64,000 bases of DNA from Octopus vulgaris (lineage: Eukaryota), in the NCBI GenBank assembly GCA_951406725.2, contig OX597825.1:23498001-23562000 (forward strand), given 5' to 3'. The position numbers and the translations under genes are program-made. The first letter of the stretch is position 1, and the number at the start of each line of letters is the position of its first letter. The notes beneath the pieces are model-generated. The model had not been told where the DNA came from, made no database searches, and was given only the letters and a program-made list of their open reading frames with translations. Positions 1-13,248 of this stretch are shown piece by piece.

Positions 1-949
1 CAGTTTCCATCTGCAAAATCCACTCACAAAACAATTATGAAGAATATTTCATGCTGAAAGTTGGAAGTTGTTGACTTCAGTCTACATATTTCTACACTGC
101 AACACAAAGTGACAATATACACTGTGGAAAAATTTACTGTTGATCCATGAAAATCTAGTGTTTCCCTTTTGCCAAACTCCTATGGAACCAATAGTTATTA
201 TTTTTATACACAAATCTGATCTTATTTTCTAGTTTTCTAAAATTCTATTGTTTCAAAATATATTTTCATAAATTATATGTCAGTTTATTGTTGGAATAAT
301 TTTTAAATATTTCTAATAAAAATGAATTGCTGGTACACAGTTTTAGATAGCTAAGTCATAGCAAATATTTAAGAGTTATTTCTATACTTGAGTAGTTTTA
401 ATTCAACAATCAAAATCCTAAATTAAATAAAAACCTAGAAACCATAATTCAATATTTTGATTTCAGTCACAAATGGAAATATTTGGGAAGTAAATAGTAC
501 ATAATCATTGGTTGTTTTTTTTTTTGGTTTTTGTTTTTAAATTTTTAATAGTAATTCAAATATTTAGCTTTAATCTTTGTGAAGTCTCATTACTAAAAAC
601 GAATTAATACATTTTTTTTTTTATTTCTAAATCTAAAAATATTCTGCCCAAATTTTTAAAATGATAAATTCTATTTAAAATATATAAAAATGTTTCTAGA
701 CCAGCATCATTTAATTTAATAATACTCAGAATTTTTACTATTTGGTAAAAAAAACATTGATGTTGTATTATACCGAATCAGCAGAAAAAATAAATATATT
801 TTTCTATCCTGTTGAGTATTGTAAATTAGATACTAAAATATCATTTTTAGTATTTTAACTTTTAATCATTGTACTGTTTGTTTACTTCCTTTTAAGCCAA
901 ATAGAGACTATCTATATACTCTTAATATATTATGGTATTTGATACAACA

Positions 950-1575
950 GGGTGCAGGCATGGCTATGTGGTAAGAAGTTTGCTTCCCAACCACATGGTT
1001 CTGGGTTCAGTTCCACTGCATGGTACCTTAGACAAGTGTCTAAGTGTTTTCTACTATAGCAGCAGGCTGATTAAAGCCTAGTGAGTGGATTTGGTCAATG
1101 GAAACTGAAAGGTCAAAGGCGATGAGCTGGCAGAAATGTTAGCACACTGGGCAAAATGCTTAGCAGTATTTCGTCTTGTCTTTACGTTCTGAGTTCAAAT
1201 TCCGCCGAGGTCGACTTTGCCTTTCATCCTTTCGGGGTCGATAAATTATGTACCAGTTACGCACTGGGGTCGATGTAATGAACTTAATCCCTTTGTCTGT
1301 CCTTGTTTGTCCTGCCTGTGTTTATCCCCTTGTGGGCAATAAAGAAATAGGAAATTGAAAGAAGCCCATTTTATGTGTGTACGAATATGAGAGGGTGTGT
1401 GTCTTTATGTCTTTGCTTGTCCCCTCACCACCGCTTGGTAACTGATGTGGGTGTGTTTATGTTGGTAAAACAGATGAATAGAATAAGTACCAGACTTAAA
1501 AAAATAAATAAATATTGGGGTCATTCGCTTGGCTAAAATACTTCAAGGCAGTCTAATGACCGAAACAAGTAAAAG
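950..1575 (+). mobile_element. tRNA-derived SINE family A (CORE-like, ~400 bp) with nested family-B SINE at ~1117-1349
   Basis: A box TGGCTATGTGG, B box GGTTCAGTTCC, CORE-like segment; nested copy flanked by GGAAACTGAAAG/GGAAATTGAAAG. Confidence 0.8.
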
Positions 1576-3254
1576 ATAGAAAACATTGATGAATCTCTCA
1601 ATGAGTTTAAATACAAGCAGTTCTGACATGAAAACATGAAAACTCTCCCACACAATTGGGTCTCTGCACACACATCTGGAAACACGCACACTTGGAAACA
1701 AATACACCTGGACAGACACACACCCAGGCAGATGCACACCTGGACACATACATACATACACATTCACACCTATATGACAGGCTTTGTAGTGTTTCAGTCT
1801 GAGGCTTCAGTAAAAGAAACCTGTCTGATGTGCTGTATATCAGGATTGAACTTGGACCTGCATGGTTGAGTAGTGAATTTCTTAACCACACAGCCATACC
1901 TGCTCTTCCTCTACATTAGAAAACTTATATAAAATACAATTTTTTTTTCCATATATATATATTCCACAATCTAAAGCTATAGAAAGCAACTCCATCACAT
2001 CTCTATACATTGTTATAATACATTGTTATTGTCAATGTCCAGCTTACCATCAATTCTATCACCCTATTGTTTTTAATGTAACTTTTTCAGAACTTTGCTC
2101 TATTCTACCCACTCTTAAATATGTCTAACATTTGCCTTCAATTATTTCAATACCCACACTGTTCTTTACTTCCTGTTGCTAGATTTAATCACATTACATA
2201 TTGATATTTCTCCCCCCACCCTGCATCTCTCTGGAACTGACATTCCACCTACAGTTTTTACCTCTCGGTTTTATCAAAATACATCAATTCAATCAGATCG
2301 TTAACCATACTAACTTTAGCCTTTCAATAATTCATAATGGAAGATCCTAGAAATCTTTCCTAATAGGAACAATTTCAAAAGTGTGTTTTTCAAAATACAC
2401 AATGAGTGAATAATTGCCAACAATACGCTATTAACAAAATATGTGTGTTGGATATAAACTGTATGTGCATGATTTAGTATGTGTGTGTCATAAAATACCT
2501 GTATATATGATATAAAAATTTGTGTCTGTGTGCATGTGATATAATATTTGTATATGTGCATGTGTATATGTGTATGATATAAAGTTTGCATGTGTATGCG
2601 ATATGAAATATGAGTGTGTGTGTTTGTATGTGATATAAAGAGATTGGAGGTTTTTGAAGAGCAAATAATACTGCATTGTGATTAATTGATCCAATGGGTT
2701 CAAAGAGAATAATTCATTATGTTAATGACAATCCCTTTGACAAAATTAAAGCTAATATGGAATTTCAGTTGTTACCTAGACAATGTGATGCTTTGAATAG
2801 GAACATTCCTAGCAGTCAAAACTAATTGTAATTTATGACGAAGAAAATTGTTATTGAGGAAATAAGTCACAATGGATAATAATGGGTTGAATTAAGTGAT
2901 TCCATGAGGAATAGCTAAAAGAATTCTTCTACAACTTCTTGATAATGAATTATTTAAAATTAATTGTTGCTATCCCTTTCTGGAGAATATGATATTGAAA
3001 TGAAAAAATACATAAAAGAAATCAATATAAGCCTGAATGCCTAGCATTATTTTAGCTTTTCTTACTTGCTCTAGATTCAAGATCTATTATAACTGGCTTT
3101 GGCTTTCATCATAACAGGGTTAATATGTACCAGTAATATAGTGCGGAGTGAAGGCATGTGGCCTAGAGATTTGGGTGTTACACTCACGATTGCAAGTTAT
3201 GGTTTCAATTTCAGCACTGGGTGGTGTCCCGTGTTCTTGAGCAAATGACTTGAT

Positions 3255-4585
3255 GGTTTGCAACACCAACATCAGGAAACCTGCCAGCCATCTGATCACT
3301 TATCAATCTGGTTGGCTCACTAGCCAGACTGGCTACATCATCACCAGTAATAGGACAGGGGTATGCAAAGTCTTTTCCAAGTGAAGAATGTACTACTTAA
3401 CATAGGTTAGTGGTTAGCAACTTCAGACTTAAGGCTAGAATGATCTCAAGACATAAATTGATATGGAAAAAGAAGGTATGGAAGCTCAAGGATCCTTCAA
3501 ATGGGCAGATATTTAGAGATGTCCTTAATGAAGCCTTTGATGAGATGGAGGATAAGACGGGGACATATGACATAGGGGACAACTGGAAGTTCTTATGGGA
3601 CAATCTTCTGAAGGCAACAGACCAATCTTTGGTTGGAGCAAAGCTTCTGCCAGACCAAGAGTGACATGGTGGTAGAAGAGTGAGGTTGACAGGGCTATAA
3701 AAGAGAAGAGATGGGCTTAGAAAGAGTGGATAGCAAAGAACCATATCAGATAGCTCAAAGAGAAGCTAGGCATCAGGTAATCCTAGCTAGGGCAGAAGCA
3801 GAAAGGAAGAGGTTTGTCTATGTTCTACAGTATGAAGATCAGAAACTTGAGGTGTTTCAGATTGCCAGGCAGTGTGTTAGAGAGAATCAAGATGATGTGG
3901 GAGAGAAATGTGCACAGATAGATAATAGTACGCTTGATCTTTGTGATCCAAAAAAGAAAGTGGTGTGATATGCTCTGCTGGATGTGCAGTGTCAGTGTAC
4001 ATGTGCTGCAGAGCTCTAGTGTATTGAGAGAAAAGTTAGGTATATGTGGAATTATAATTTCTCTTATGAGGAATTATAGGAGGCATGTGGCTTAGTGGTT
4101 AGGGTGTCAACATCATGATTGTAAGATTGTGGTTTCGATTCCTGGACCAGGCAACAGGTTGTGTTCTTGAACAAAACGCTTCATTTCACGTTGCCCTAGT
4201 CCACTCAGCTGGCAAAAATGAGTAATGCTGCGATGGACTAGCGTCCCGTCCTGCTGGGGAACTCATATGCCATGGAAACTGGGACCATGAGTCTGGCTAG
4301 GCTTTAAAAGGGCGCGTTTATTTATTTTATTTATGAGGAATTATAACTCCTCATAAGAGGAATTTTAGTGCAGTCTCCTCTTGGAGGAGACTGCACTAGT
4401 TTGGTCATGTGATGCAGATAAATGAGGACAGTTGCATAAAGAACTTCTGATCACTTATTCTGGAGGGAAGTTGTGGAAGAGAGTGACCCAACAAGACATA
4501 GGATGAAGTATTGAAGGCTGATCTTGAAACGCTGAGCCTTACAAAGGAGATGAAGGAGGAGTGAGTTTTGTGGCATAATGTTGTT
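3255..4585 (+). mobile_element. Decayed RTE-clade LINE fragment (interrupted by a SINE at 4079-4330)
   Basis: Peptides KVWKLKDPS...WKFLWDNLLKATDQ and EARHQVILARAEAERKRF...DVGEKC; 3' part RT C-terminal-like; paralogous to 7795-9075. Confidence 0.75.
4079..4330 (+). mobile_element. tRNA-derived SINE family D with V-domain-like segment
   Basis: A/B boxes; GTTGTGTTCTTGAACAAAAC; CTGCGATGGACTAGCGTCCCGTCC; 15-bp TSD TTATGAGGAATTATA (4064-78 / 4331-45). Confidence 0.85.
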
Positions 4586-4865
4586 TCTCAAGCCATGGCT
4601 GGCTCATAAGGGCCAGTTTCTCGGTTTCCTTGGCGTATAGGTACCCCATCTGGACGGGTCACCAGTCCATCGCAATTGAGCTGCAAGATGCAGGAGGAAA
4701 GAGTGAGAGAAAGTTGTGGCGAAAGAGTCAGCAGAAGTTCGCCATTACCTTCTGCCGGGGCTGCGTGGAGCTTAGGTGTTTCTCTCATAAACACACACAT
4801 TGCCCAGAGGTTCAAACCTGCAATCCCTCGACCACGAGTCCGCTGCTCTAACAACTAGGCCATGT
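4585..4865 (-). mobile_element. tRNA-derived SINE family C (V-like tail variant)
   Basis: Reverse-complement homologue of 56028-56317. Confidence 0.8.
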
Positions 4866-4869
4866 GCCT

Positions 4870-5339
4870 AGTTGTACATTCAAGAAAACTTGCCCATCAC
4901 AGCAGTATTGATATCCTAAGACCAAAGTGCCATGTAAAAAGTATTGGTGTTGGTGCCATGCAAAAGGCACTGTATAGAGCACTGGTGCTGGTGCTATGTA
5001 AAGCACTGGGGTTTGTGCCATATAAAAAGCAGCCAGTACACTCTGTAAAGTGGTTGGCATTAGGAAGGACATCCAGCAGTAGAAACCAACCCAAAACAGA
5101 CTATGGTCATCATCATCATCATTGTTGTTCGACCGTGATCGAGACAATGGAATTTACTATGCTACGCCAGACTCCACGGTCCATCATAGCATTACGGAGG
5201 TCCTGTTGCTGGATGCCTGTATCCCTGGATATGGTACCAGACTATGGTACCTGGTGAGGCCCCTGGCCTTGCCGGTTCCTGTCTAGCCATCCAACCCATG
5301 CCAGCATGGGAAATGGATGTTAAATGATGATGATGATGC

Positions 5340-5391
<52 letters not shown>
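4870..5391 (+). mobile_element. RTE-type LINE 3' UTR with (GAT)n tail
   Basis: Conserved end ...GGCATTAGGAAGG.CATCCAGC...CCATCCAACCCATGCCAGCATGG...GATGTTAAATGATGATG; same end at 14665-14870(+), 16229-16600(-), 19875-20040(-). Confidence 0.65.
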
Positions 5392-5685
5392 AACTATGTG
5401 TGTATGTAAGATATTACTTTTATAATACTTTTTGAAAGACATAAATGCCATTTACCTGAAATTCCTCTCACTTGGAATAAAAAGAAGATTTGAGTCTCAT
5501 TTCAACAAAACATTACTGTATGCTATTGTAGCTTTCACATCTTGCTTTAACGTCTCTTACTATCCAACACCAATTACTTGATTTCCTTACGACGCTCCAC
5601 TGTTAACAACAACAAGAACAACAAAAAAAAACATGTAAATGTGTTGCGTGTTGTATTTCATTTTATTATTTTTATTTTTTAGCAG

Positions 5686-6217
5686 GTGACCAATTATGCA
5701 AATGCACAGTTACTGCAACCGCTTGCAAAGCGTGTTAATGCACCAAAATATGAAGAATTGGCAGACATGTCTAGAACTACAAAATATTTACCAGTATCCT
5801 TTTCTGGAGTGAAACCATCGTGCTCTTCAAAGTCACTACCTAAATCTCCTAGTATAGGACCTAGACAATTATGGGCTGTTCCTGCAACCATCAAATCACC
5901 ATCTCAAAACATTTACCCAAAATCTCTAACAGTTCCAGCTAAAACTCTGCAGATGCCAGGACCCATGCCTACTTTCTCCTTATCTTCTTCTTCGATGGAT
6001 AAACTGAAAAAAGTTTCAGTACCTATAACTGTAGCAACCACTCCCAAACTCTCTTCCATGGCAGATGAAGAACATTTCCAAATTCAAGCACCATCACAGC
6101 AATTGGTCACATTCTGTTCTTCGCCTAGTATGAAAAATCTTCAAAAGCAGAAAATGACTTCACCTTTGCAACCAACTTTAGAAAATGTTCAACAAACTTC
6201 AACCCCTAATGAAATTG
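5686..6217 (+). CDS. Internal coding exon (A) of + strand gene; S/P/T-rich disordered region, candidate SIX6OS1/C14orf39-like protein
   Basis: Poly-T tract plus tandem TAGCAG acceptor (5680-5685); 177 open codons VTNYANAQLLQ...QQTSTPNEI; donor G|GTAAAA at 6218, phase 1. Upstream exons were not identified in this window. Confidence 0.85.
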
Positions 6218-6289
6218 GTAAAAATTATATTTACTTATTCAATGTTTATTTTTTCTTAAATTTTTCCCTAAATTTTTCATAAATTTGTA

Positions 6290-6480
6290 TGCACAGGAGT
6301 GGCTGTGTGGTAAGTAGCTTGCTTATGAACCACATGGTTCCGGGTTCAGTCCCAATGTGTGGCACCTTGGGCAAGTGTCTTCTACTATAGCCTCGAGCCA
6401 ACCAAAGCCTTATGAGTGGATTTGGTAGACGGAAACTGAAAGAAACCCATCGTATGTATACATATATGTGTGTGTGTGTG
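6290..6480 (+). mobile_element. SINE family A, 5' half
   Basis: GGAGTGGCTGTGTGGTAAGTAGCTTGC...GGCACCTTGGGCAAGTGTCTTC... Confidence 0.8.
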
Positions 6481-7509
6481 TGCCAGCATGGAAAGAGGAC
6501 GTTAAACGATGCTGCTGATGATGATGATGATATACACATGCATATGTATGCATGTATGTGTGTGTGTGTGTGCATGTGTTACTGATTATTGAGTGATAAT
6601 TGTAAATGAGTTGTCATGGCAGTGGTGTCCTTCATTTCCAATCTTTCGTGAAAATCTGTCTGACCATAAGGAAATGTTACCTTATGTGACAAGAAGGGCA
6701 CCCAGCTGTAGAAAATCCATCTCAACAAATTTAGTCCAACTCATGTGAGCATTTAGTTGTGGACATTAAAATGCTCCTCCTCATCCTCATCCTCCCCCTC
6801 TTCCTCCTCCTCCACTTCTCTCTCATCCTCCTCCTTGAAACTGCATACTTACGACCGGGAGTCCGGTGCCCTAACCACTGGGCCATTGTGCCTCCACTGC
6901 TGTTGTTGCTGCAGCTGCTAATGTTGTTGATTATGCTTATGCATTTATGTATGTATATATGCATGTGTGATTGAGAAATTTGCCTCTCAACCAAATGGTT
7001 GCAGGTTCAGTCCTGCTCGGTGGCACCTTGAGCATGTGTCTTCTACTATAGCCCTAAACTGAACATAGCCTTGAGAGTGGATTTTGTAGAATGAAACTGA
7101 AAGAACATTGTGTATGTTCGTTTGTTTATATTTGCTAGCATTTGTAATTGGTTGTATGAAAGTGAGACAGGTGCTTTTTTTTATGTCAGTTTCTCCTATT
7201 AAGAAATCATTTCTGCACTCCGCCGCTTCATGCCTTCGGAGCTGTGTGGAATAAGTGATACCTGCCTTGAAAAAAAAAACAGATAATGGTAGCATCAGGA
7301 AGGGCTTCCTGCTGTAATACATCTCAACATATTCATCTGACCCATGCAAGCACAGAAAAGTGGATGTTAAATAAAGGCACAATACCCTACATTTATGACT
7401 ACAGACAATTTACTTTTCTATCTTAAATTTTAGTATATTTTCCTTCAGAAGTCTTTGAGTTGATTGATTAAATTTAAAATATTGAATATTTAAACCTATT
7501 TTCAAACAG

Positions 7510-7685
7510 AAGAAACTGCCTTGAGCAAGTCTGAGAACATTAACATCAACCAAGATGCTTTTCAGGAAAGTACCTTTGATTTCAACGAACATCAAAGGAT
7601 GTTGAAAAAGCTTCATTTATCTCCAGGCATGCCTGCTATGTCGCACAGACCAATGTTTCTCCAATCAGATGAAAACCAGAAACAG
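7510..7685 (+). CDS. Internal coding exon (B) of the same + strand gene
   Basis: Acceptor ttttcaaacAG at 7508-7509; phase-1 entry gives EETALSKSENININQDAFQESTFDFNEHQRMLKKLHLSPGMPAMSHRPMFLQSDENQKQ; donor CAG|GTACTA, phase 0. Confidence 0.85.
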
Positions 7686-7794
7686 GTACTAAATAATATT
7701 AATGTGTTTAATATTGATTTTTGTTCGTTTGAAATTAGATTTTTTTTTCCATGTAAGTATGGGTTAGATGAATGCATATTTTTGAAGCATTGTT

Positions 7795-9075
7795 TTGACA
7801 TTCTTTTGCAGACTACCTCAAAGACAAATAACACTGATCTTCTCTTCATGGCTGGTGACTTCAACGGACACGTTGGTCAACAACCAGGTGTTTTCCATGG
7901 TGTACATGATGGCCAGGGAGTTGGTTCCCATATTGAGGTGGGAACAAGGCTTCTGGAATTCTGTGATGCAAATAACTTATAATCTGTAACACCAAGTGAG
8001 ATACATGGTTGCTCTTAAACACAAAGATCTTCCTTGGTGAAGAATGTACCCCTCAGCATAGGTTAGTCATTTGTGACTTCAGACTACAGGCTAGAGGGGT
8101 TCCAAGAAGCAGGCCAGTCTAGAAAAGAAGGATCTGGAAGCTTAAGGATCCTTTTGATTGACAGAAATTATGAGATGTCCAAACTGAAGCATTTAAGGAG
8201 AAGAAGGAGGAGTTACATATATCTAACATGGAAGAAAAGTGGAAGTTCCTATGGGACAAGTTGCTGAGAGCCACAGACCAAATTTGTGGCAGGTGCAAAG
8301 TCCCAACAAGGTGATGTTGGTGACAGGGCCATTAGAGCAAAGAAACAGGCATGGAAGGACTGGAAGGGTGGCGGTAGCAAAGAACTATATCAGGTAGCTA
8401 GAACGGAAGCTAAGAGATGGTTACACTTAGCCAGAGGAGAAGCAGAAAGGAAGAAGTTTGCCAATGTTTTGAAGAGTGAGGACCCGCAGTTTGAAATACT
8501 TTGGTTTGCACGACAGTGTCTCAGCGGAAATTGTGATGTTGTAGGAAAGACGTGTGTTCGTCTGGATGATAGTTCACTTGCTATTAGTGATTCTACAAAG
8601 AAAGAGGCTTGGAAGTGTCATTATGAAAGGCTGCTAAATGTAGGGAACACATAATGCCTGTGTTCAAACAGCTATGTCGCATGGCAGTGAAACATGAGCT
8701 GCAACTGCAGAGGACATGTGAAGGCTTGAAAGAAATGAAGCCAGCATGCTCCACTGGGTGTGCAATGTCAGTGTGCACATGCGACAGAGTGTAAGCTTCT
8801 TATGAGAAAAATTGGCTATATAGGGGCATCAGATGTAGTGTGCAGAAGAGGAAATTGTACTGGTATGGTCATATGATGTGTATGGACAAGGACAGCTGCA
8901 TAAAGGAGTGCTGACCTCTAAATGTAGAAGGAAACTGTAAAAGAGGTAGATCCAAGAAGACATGGGACGAGGCGGTGATCTTTGGATGTTGAGTCTCATT
9001 GAAGCGATGACAGGTGACAGGGACTTCTGGTTAATTGCTGTGCGTGAGAAGACACGTCAAGCTGAGTGAAATCAT
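7795..9075 (+). mobile_element. Decayed RTE-clade LINE fragment
   Basis: APE endonuclease motif MAGDFNGHVG...GTRLLEFCDANNL, then AIRAKKQAWKDWK...EAWKCHYERLLNV; C-terminal WYGHM...GRSKKTW-like residues; multiple deletions and stops. Confidence 0.8.
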
Positions 9076-10116
9076 AGTTGTGACACATGAAGGGAACCTG
9101 TGCCAGTGACATAAACACATTTTATGGAATGATGATGTGGAAGTAAGACATGGGTTTTGTTTGGTCCATTGCTGGGATTTAAGTAACAAAAAAGAAAATT
9201 TTGTCCTGTAAATTTTTAACCATTCCCACACTGAGTCTATGTATGTGTGTAAGAAAAAACCTATTCATTAACAGAAAAGTATGCTATTAAACTTGCTTGG
9301 GGCCAGGGTGGGGAGAAAGAAATGAAGAAGGTACCAAGTGGTTGTGGGGTGTGCTTAAAACTATAGCTAAATGTCCCACGCAACGAAAAGTTTCAGAACA
9401 TAAAAATAAGAAATAAGTGGAAATTTTACCAGTGAGTGTGTTAAATTATAAGGCACAAAAAGAAAATGACTCTCCCCAGACACAATAGAATATGCTTCAA
9501 CACACGAACTCACATAAAGAATCTTGCAAACCAAATCCAAAAACGAAATATTTCAGTCTGAAAATATTTTCAAAACTTTTTTTTTTTTATCAAAAATATT
9601 TTCCCTTTGTTTTGAGGTGCATTGTCCAAAAAAAAAATGGCCAAAAGCAGTCTGGAATGTGGGTGGGTGGGGGAAAAAAAGATAAATTTTCCAGAATTTT
9701 TTTTTTCCATTAAAATTTTATTGAAATGGCCTATATAAGTTCAATACCTACTACAAATGTGCCAGAACTCACATACCTGTGGCTTGTACTTTTGAATTTA
9801 GCTAGATCTGAAAATACATGAAACACTTCCACTAGCATCACAAATTTGATTATTTGTTGCCTGCAACAAAATAGGCATTACATAAATATTTAAAAGATTA
9901 GGAAGATGATTGAGTGAAACAATTTGCATCAAGATAGAAAAGAATGGTACAATCAGGGAAGAATTGGAAGTGCATTGTGACCAGCAATTTATAACAACAT
10001 CTGATAGTCTGGTCAGTACAGTGATACAGTGATATAATATAATACTGGGGTTTTAACAGTGAAATATTTATCTCCTGGACATAAGTAAAATGGTTGAATA
10101 GCATATTTATATTTTA

Positions 10117-10505
10117 CTAGCAGTATAGTCTAGCGTTGCTCGGGTATGTTTTCTTTTCGACCCTTTAGAATTGGAATTTTTGAAAAGTAAAAATTTTGCA
10201 TTATCTAGTTTGTTATTCTCTTTAAGTGAACATTTTTCTGGCTGAAATACACTGAAAAATGGTGACACAGCAGTAAAAAAATCGTAAAAAAATAGGGATT
10301 TTTATTAAAAGAAAAGCACCTTTTTGATGTAAATAATTTTTGGTCTTAACATGGTCCGATTTCTTCTATGGAACGAAGAGCAAGCCTTCTTTTATCATAC
10401 TCTCAGTTTTGGTCAACTTGCGCAGCAGGGTCTCGGAGGAGATAGTGTTAATTGAAGGCTACCAAACCTACCACACACAGACAACTTCAGCTTTATATAT
10501 ATAGA
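10117..10505 (-). mobile_element. Non-autonomous Helitron
   Basis: On the - strand: A|TCTATATATATAAAG 5' end, degenerate subterminal hairpin and CTAG|T 3' end; no TSD. Confidence 0.7.
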
Positions 10506-10934
10506 TTAGTTTTGGTATGGTAAGTAAGGCTAAGGTAACCTAATACTGGTAAAGCAAACTTTAAGAGAAACATTCTGTTAAGGGCAAACCAATGATTCAA
10601 CAGTAAAACCATAGTCCGGGCTATCTAACTCAGAAGATCTTTTGAATTAAAAATAATATATGCTGATTACATATGGAAATAAAAGATACCTGAATTGTTA
10701 GGTTTGTTAATCAGTGAAGATCTTTTGGGTTAGTTAAGTATGTTCATTTATTGCACTGGTCTCTTAAGTTAAAATCTTGTTTCAAATTGTAGAGTTATCA
10801 GTTTAAATATTTCTTTTGTACAGATGGCAATTCTTATTTAGTTAATTATATGTATTTTAAATGGTAAACAAATATTGATCAGAACTAATTTTGAAGCCTA
10901 TATTATTGTAATTCTATTGATACTCTCAATGAGT

Positions 10935-11317
10935 GGAGGTGCAATGGCCCAGTGGTTAGGGCAGCGGACTCGCGGTCGCAGGATCGCGGTTTCGATTCCC
11001 AGACCGGGCGTTGTGAGTGTTTATTGAGCGAAAACACCTAAAAGCTCCACGAGGCTCCGGCAGGGATGGTGGTGATCCCTGCTGTACTCTTTCACCACAA
11101 CTTTCTCTAACTCTTACTTCCTGTTTCTGTTGTGCCTGTATTTCAAAGGGCCGGCCTTGTCACTCTCTGTGTCACGCTGAATATCCCCGAGAACTACGTT
11201 AAGGGTACACGTGTCTGTGGAGTGCTCAGCCACTTACACGTTAATTTCACGAGCAGGCTGTTCCATTGATTCGGATCAACCGGAACCCTTGTCGTCGTAA
11301 CCGATGGAGTGCTTCCA
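10935..11317 (+). mobile_element. tRNA-derived SINE family C (tail variant 1)
   Basis: A box TGGCCCAGTGG, B box GTTTCGATTCC; TSD ACTCTCAATGAGT/ACTCTCAGTGAAT. Confidence 0.85.
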
Positions 11318-12025
11318 ACTCTCAGTGAATTATAACTACGATGTTTTGTACCGAATTTTACATATGTTGGTATTGTGCAATATGAAATATTACTCAATAA
11401 CATTTCAAATTTTCAATTTTCGATCATAGGGAAATGTAAAAATAAAATAAATTAAAAGGAAGAGATGGAACTTAAGTTTGTCAGTTTCCAGTTTTTCAAA
11501 TTATTTAAAAAGTTTTATAATTTGTTTCAAAGAATAAAGAATTGTTATTTATTTTCTCTACAGATACATATGGATACTACCATATTTTATAACTGGAAAT
11601 TTAATTCGGATTTGTATAGAAGATGAAATATTGAAACATACCAATATGTTCTTGAATTAATTTTACTCAGGAATGTTTAAAATGAAAACAAAAAATAAAA
11701 AAAAGGAATAACTTGTCAAATATATTATTTAAACATTGAATATTCCATAGGAATAGCTTTAATATATACACATGTCTGGGAAGTAATATATTAAAGAATA
11801 TCTTATGATAGATGTAGAAGACGACTAACTCCAGAATAACACATCGGATGAATGTTTACATTCAACCCATTTATATATTCTTTAGAGAACCATGAGCACT
11901 TCCATTGCCATAGTTTTATATCTGCTTTCCATAATGGCATAGGCTGGTTTGTTTGACAGGATATGATGAGGAGTGGGGATGCGTCTGGCATTGATGTCTC
12001 AGTTTTGGCATGGTATCTTAGGATA

Positions 12026-12257
12026 AGGCGGCGAGCTGACAGAAACGTTAGCACGACGGGCGAAATGCTTAGCGACATTTCGTCTGCTGTTATATTCTGA
12101 GTTCAAATTCCGCTGCGGTCGATTTTGTCTTTTGTCCTTTCCGGGTCAATTAAATAAGTACCAGTTACGCACTGGGGTCGATATAATTGATTTAATCCGT
12201 TTGACTGTCCTTGTTTGTCCTCTCTGTGTTTAGCCCCTTGTGGGCAGTAAAGAAATA
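12026..12257 (+). mobile_element. SINE family B monomer (~230 bp)
   Basis: GGCGGCGAGCTG.CAGAAACGTTAGC...GAGTTCAAATTCC (B box)...GTCGA..TTG.CTTT..TCCTTTC.GGGTC...AAAGAAATA. Similar monomers at 22555-22787, 26490-26715, 30010-30238 and 57387-57632(-). Confidence 0.85.
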
Positions 12258-12883
12258 GGTATCTATGGATGAAAACTTTTTTTAATGCTAGCTGCCTTCC
12301 AGAGTGTTCTGGTTGCCTTTTTCTTTTGTGGTTTCAGTACCAGTGAGGTCACCTTATAACTTGAAAGACTTAAATATTCCAAAGCGTGGTTTTCTGAAAT
12401 AATAAATTCTTTGATTGTATTTGTATGCATGACTACATATAGCAAATCACAGTTACTAATTTAAGGATGTCCAGAACATGTGAACGTGTGTTGTGATTTT
12501 CCAAATCTGCAAGACACTGGTCACTCAACATAGCATTACAGAGCATTCTAAAATATTGCACACTATTAATGATAGTGTATATTTTCTTTGTAAATTTTTC
12601 AAACTCAAAATATTATTTTCTTCTCTAGGCACAAGGCCTGAAGTTTTTGGGGAGCGGGGCAATCGATTAGATCGACTTCAATACGCAACTGGTACTTGAT
12701 TTATCGACCCCCTGAAAGGATGAAAGGCAAAGTTGACTTTAGTGGAATTTGAACTCAGAATGTAAAGACAGATGAAATGCTGCTAAGCTTTTGTCTAGCG
12801 TGCTAACATTTCTGCCAGCTCACCACCTTGGCATTCCAATATATTACATACTATTAATAATGGTGCCTGTAGGTGCATTGTAA

Positions 12884-13248
12884 TCTCTCTATATATAAAC
12901 GGCAGAATGTCTGTGTGCGTGTCCTTTATACAAATCCACAGTTTTTCAGTTAGAGGGCTCGCATTTTCTATGGTCATTCAAAACCGTCCAAGGGTGGTTG
13001 TGCACATCTTTACATTTCCCCAGTCACCCCGCAAAGCCATTAAAAAAGTCAATAGAAGTGACTTTTTTGTGAATTTTCTATCCAAAACCCAATCAAAATG
13101 CCCAAAACTTGATACGCTAATTGAATGCCAGCTAGCTGTATGTGATTGGTCGGAGATTTGGACAGTACTTGCTTGTATGTGCGCATGCACGCAGCTGTAT
13201 ATGCATGCATTAGCACTATGACCCGGCAACGCCGGGTCATAGTGCTAG
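12884..13248 (+). mobile_element. Non-autonomous Helitron
   Basis: A|TCTCTCTATATATAAA start; perfect hairpin GCACTATGACCCGGC-aac-GCCGGGTCATAGTGC ending in CTAG|T. Confidence 0.8.

Noticed and set aside
7686-7982. Extension of ORF 7521-7982 into an endonuclease motif
   Set aside because: Chance read-through from exon B past its donor into an intronic RTE fragment.
10935-11010. tRNA-like sequences (also 4079, 26253, 56028, 37789, 61236)
   Set aside because: A/B boxes are SINE heads followed by bodies, tails and TSDs, not tRNA genes.
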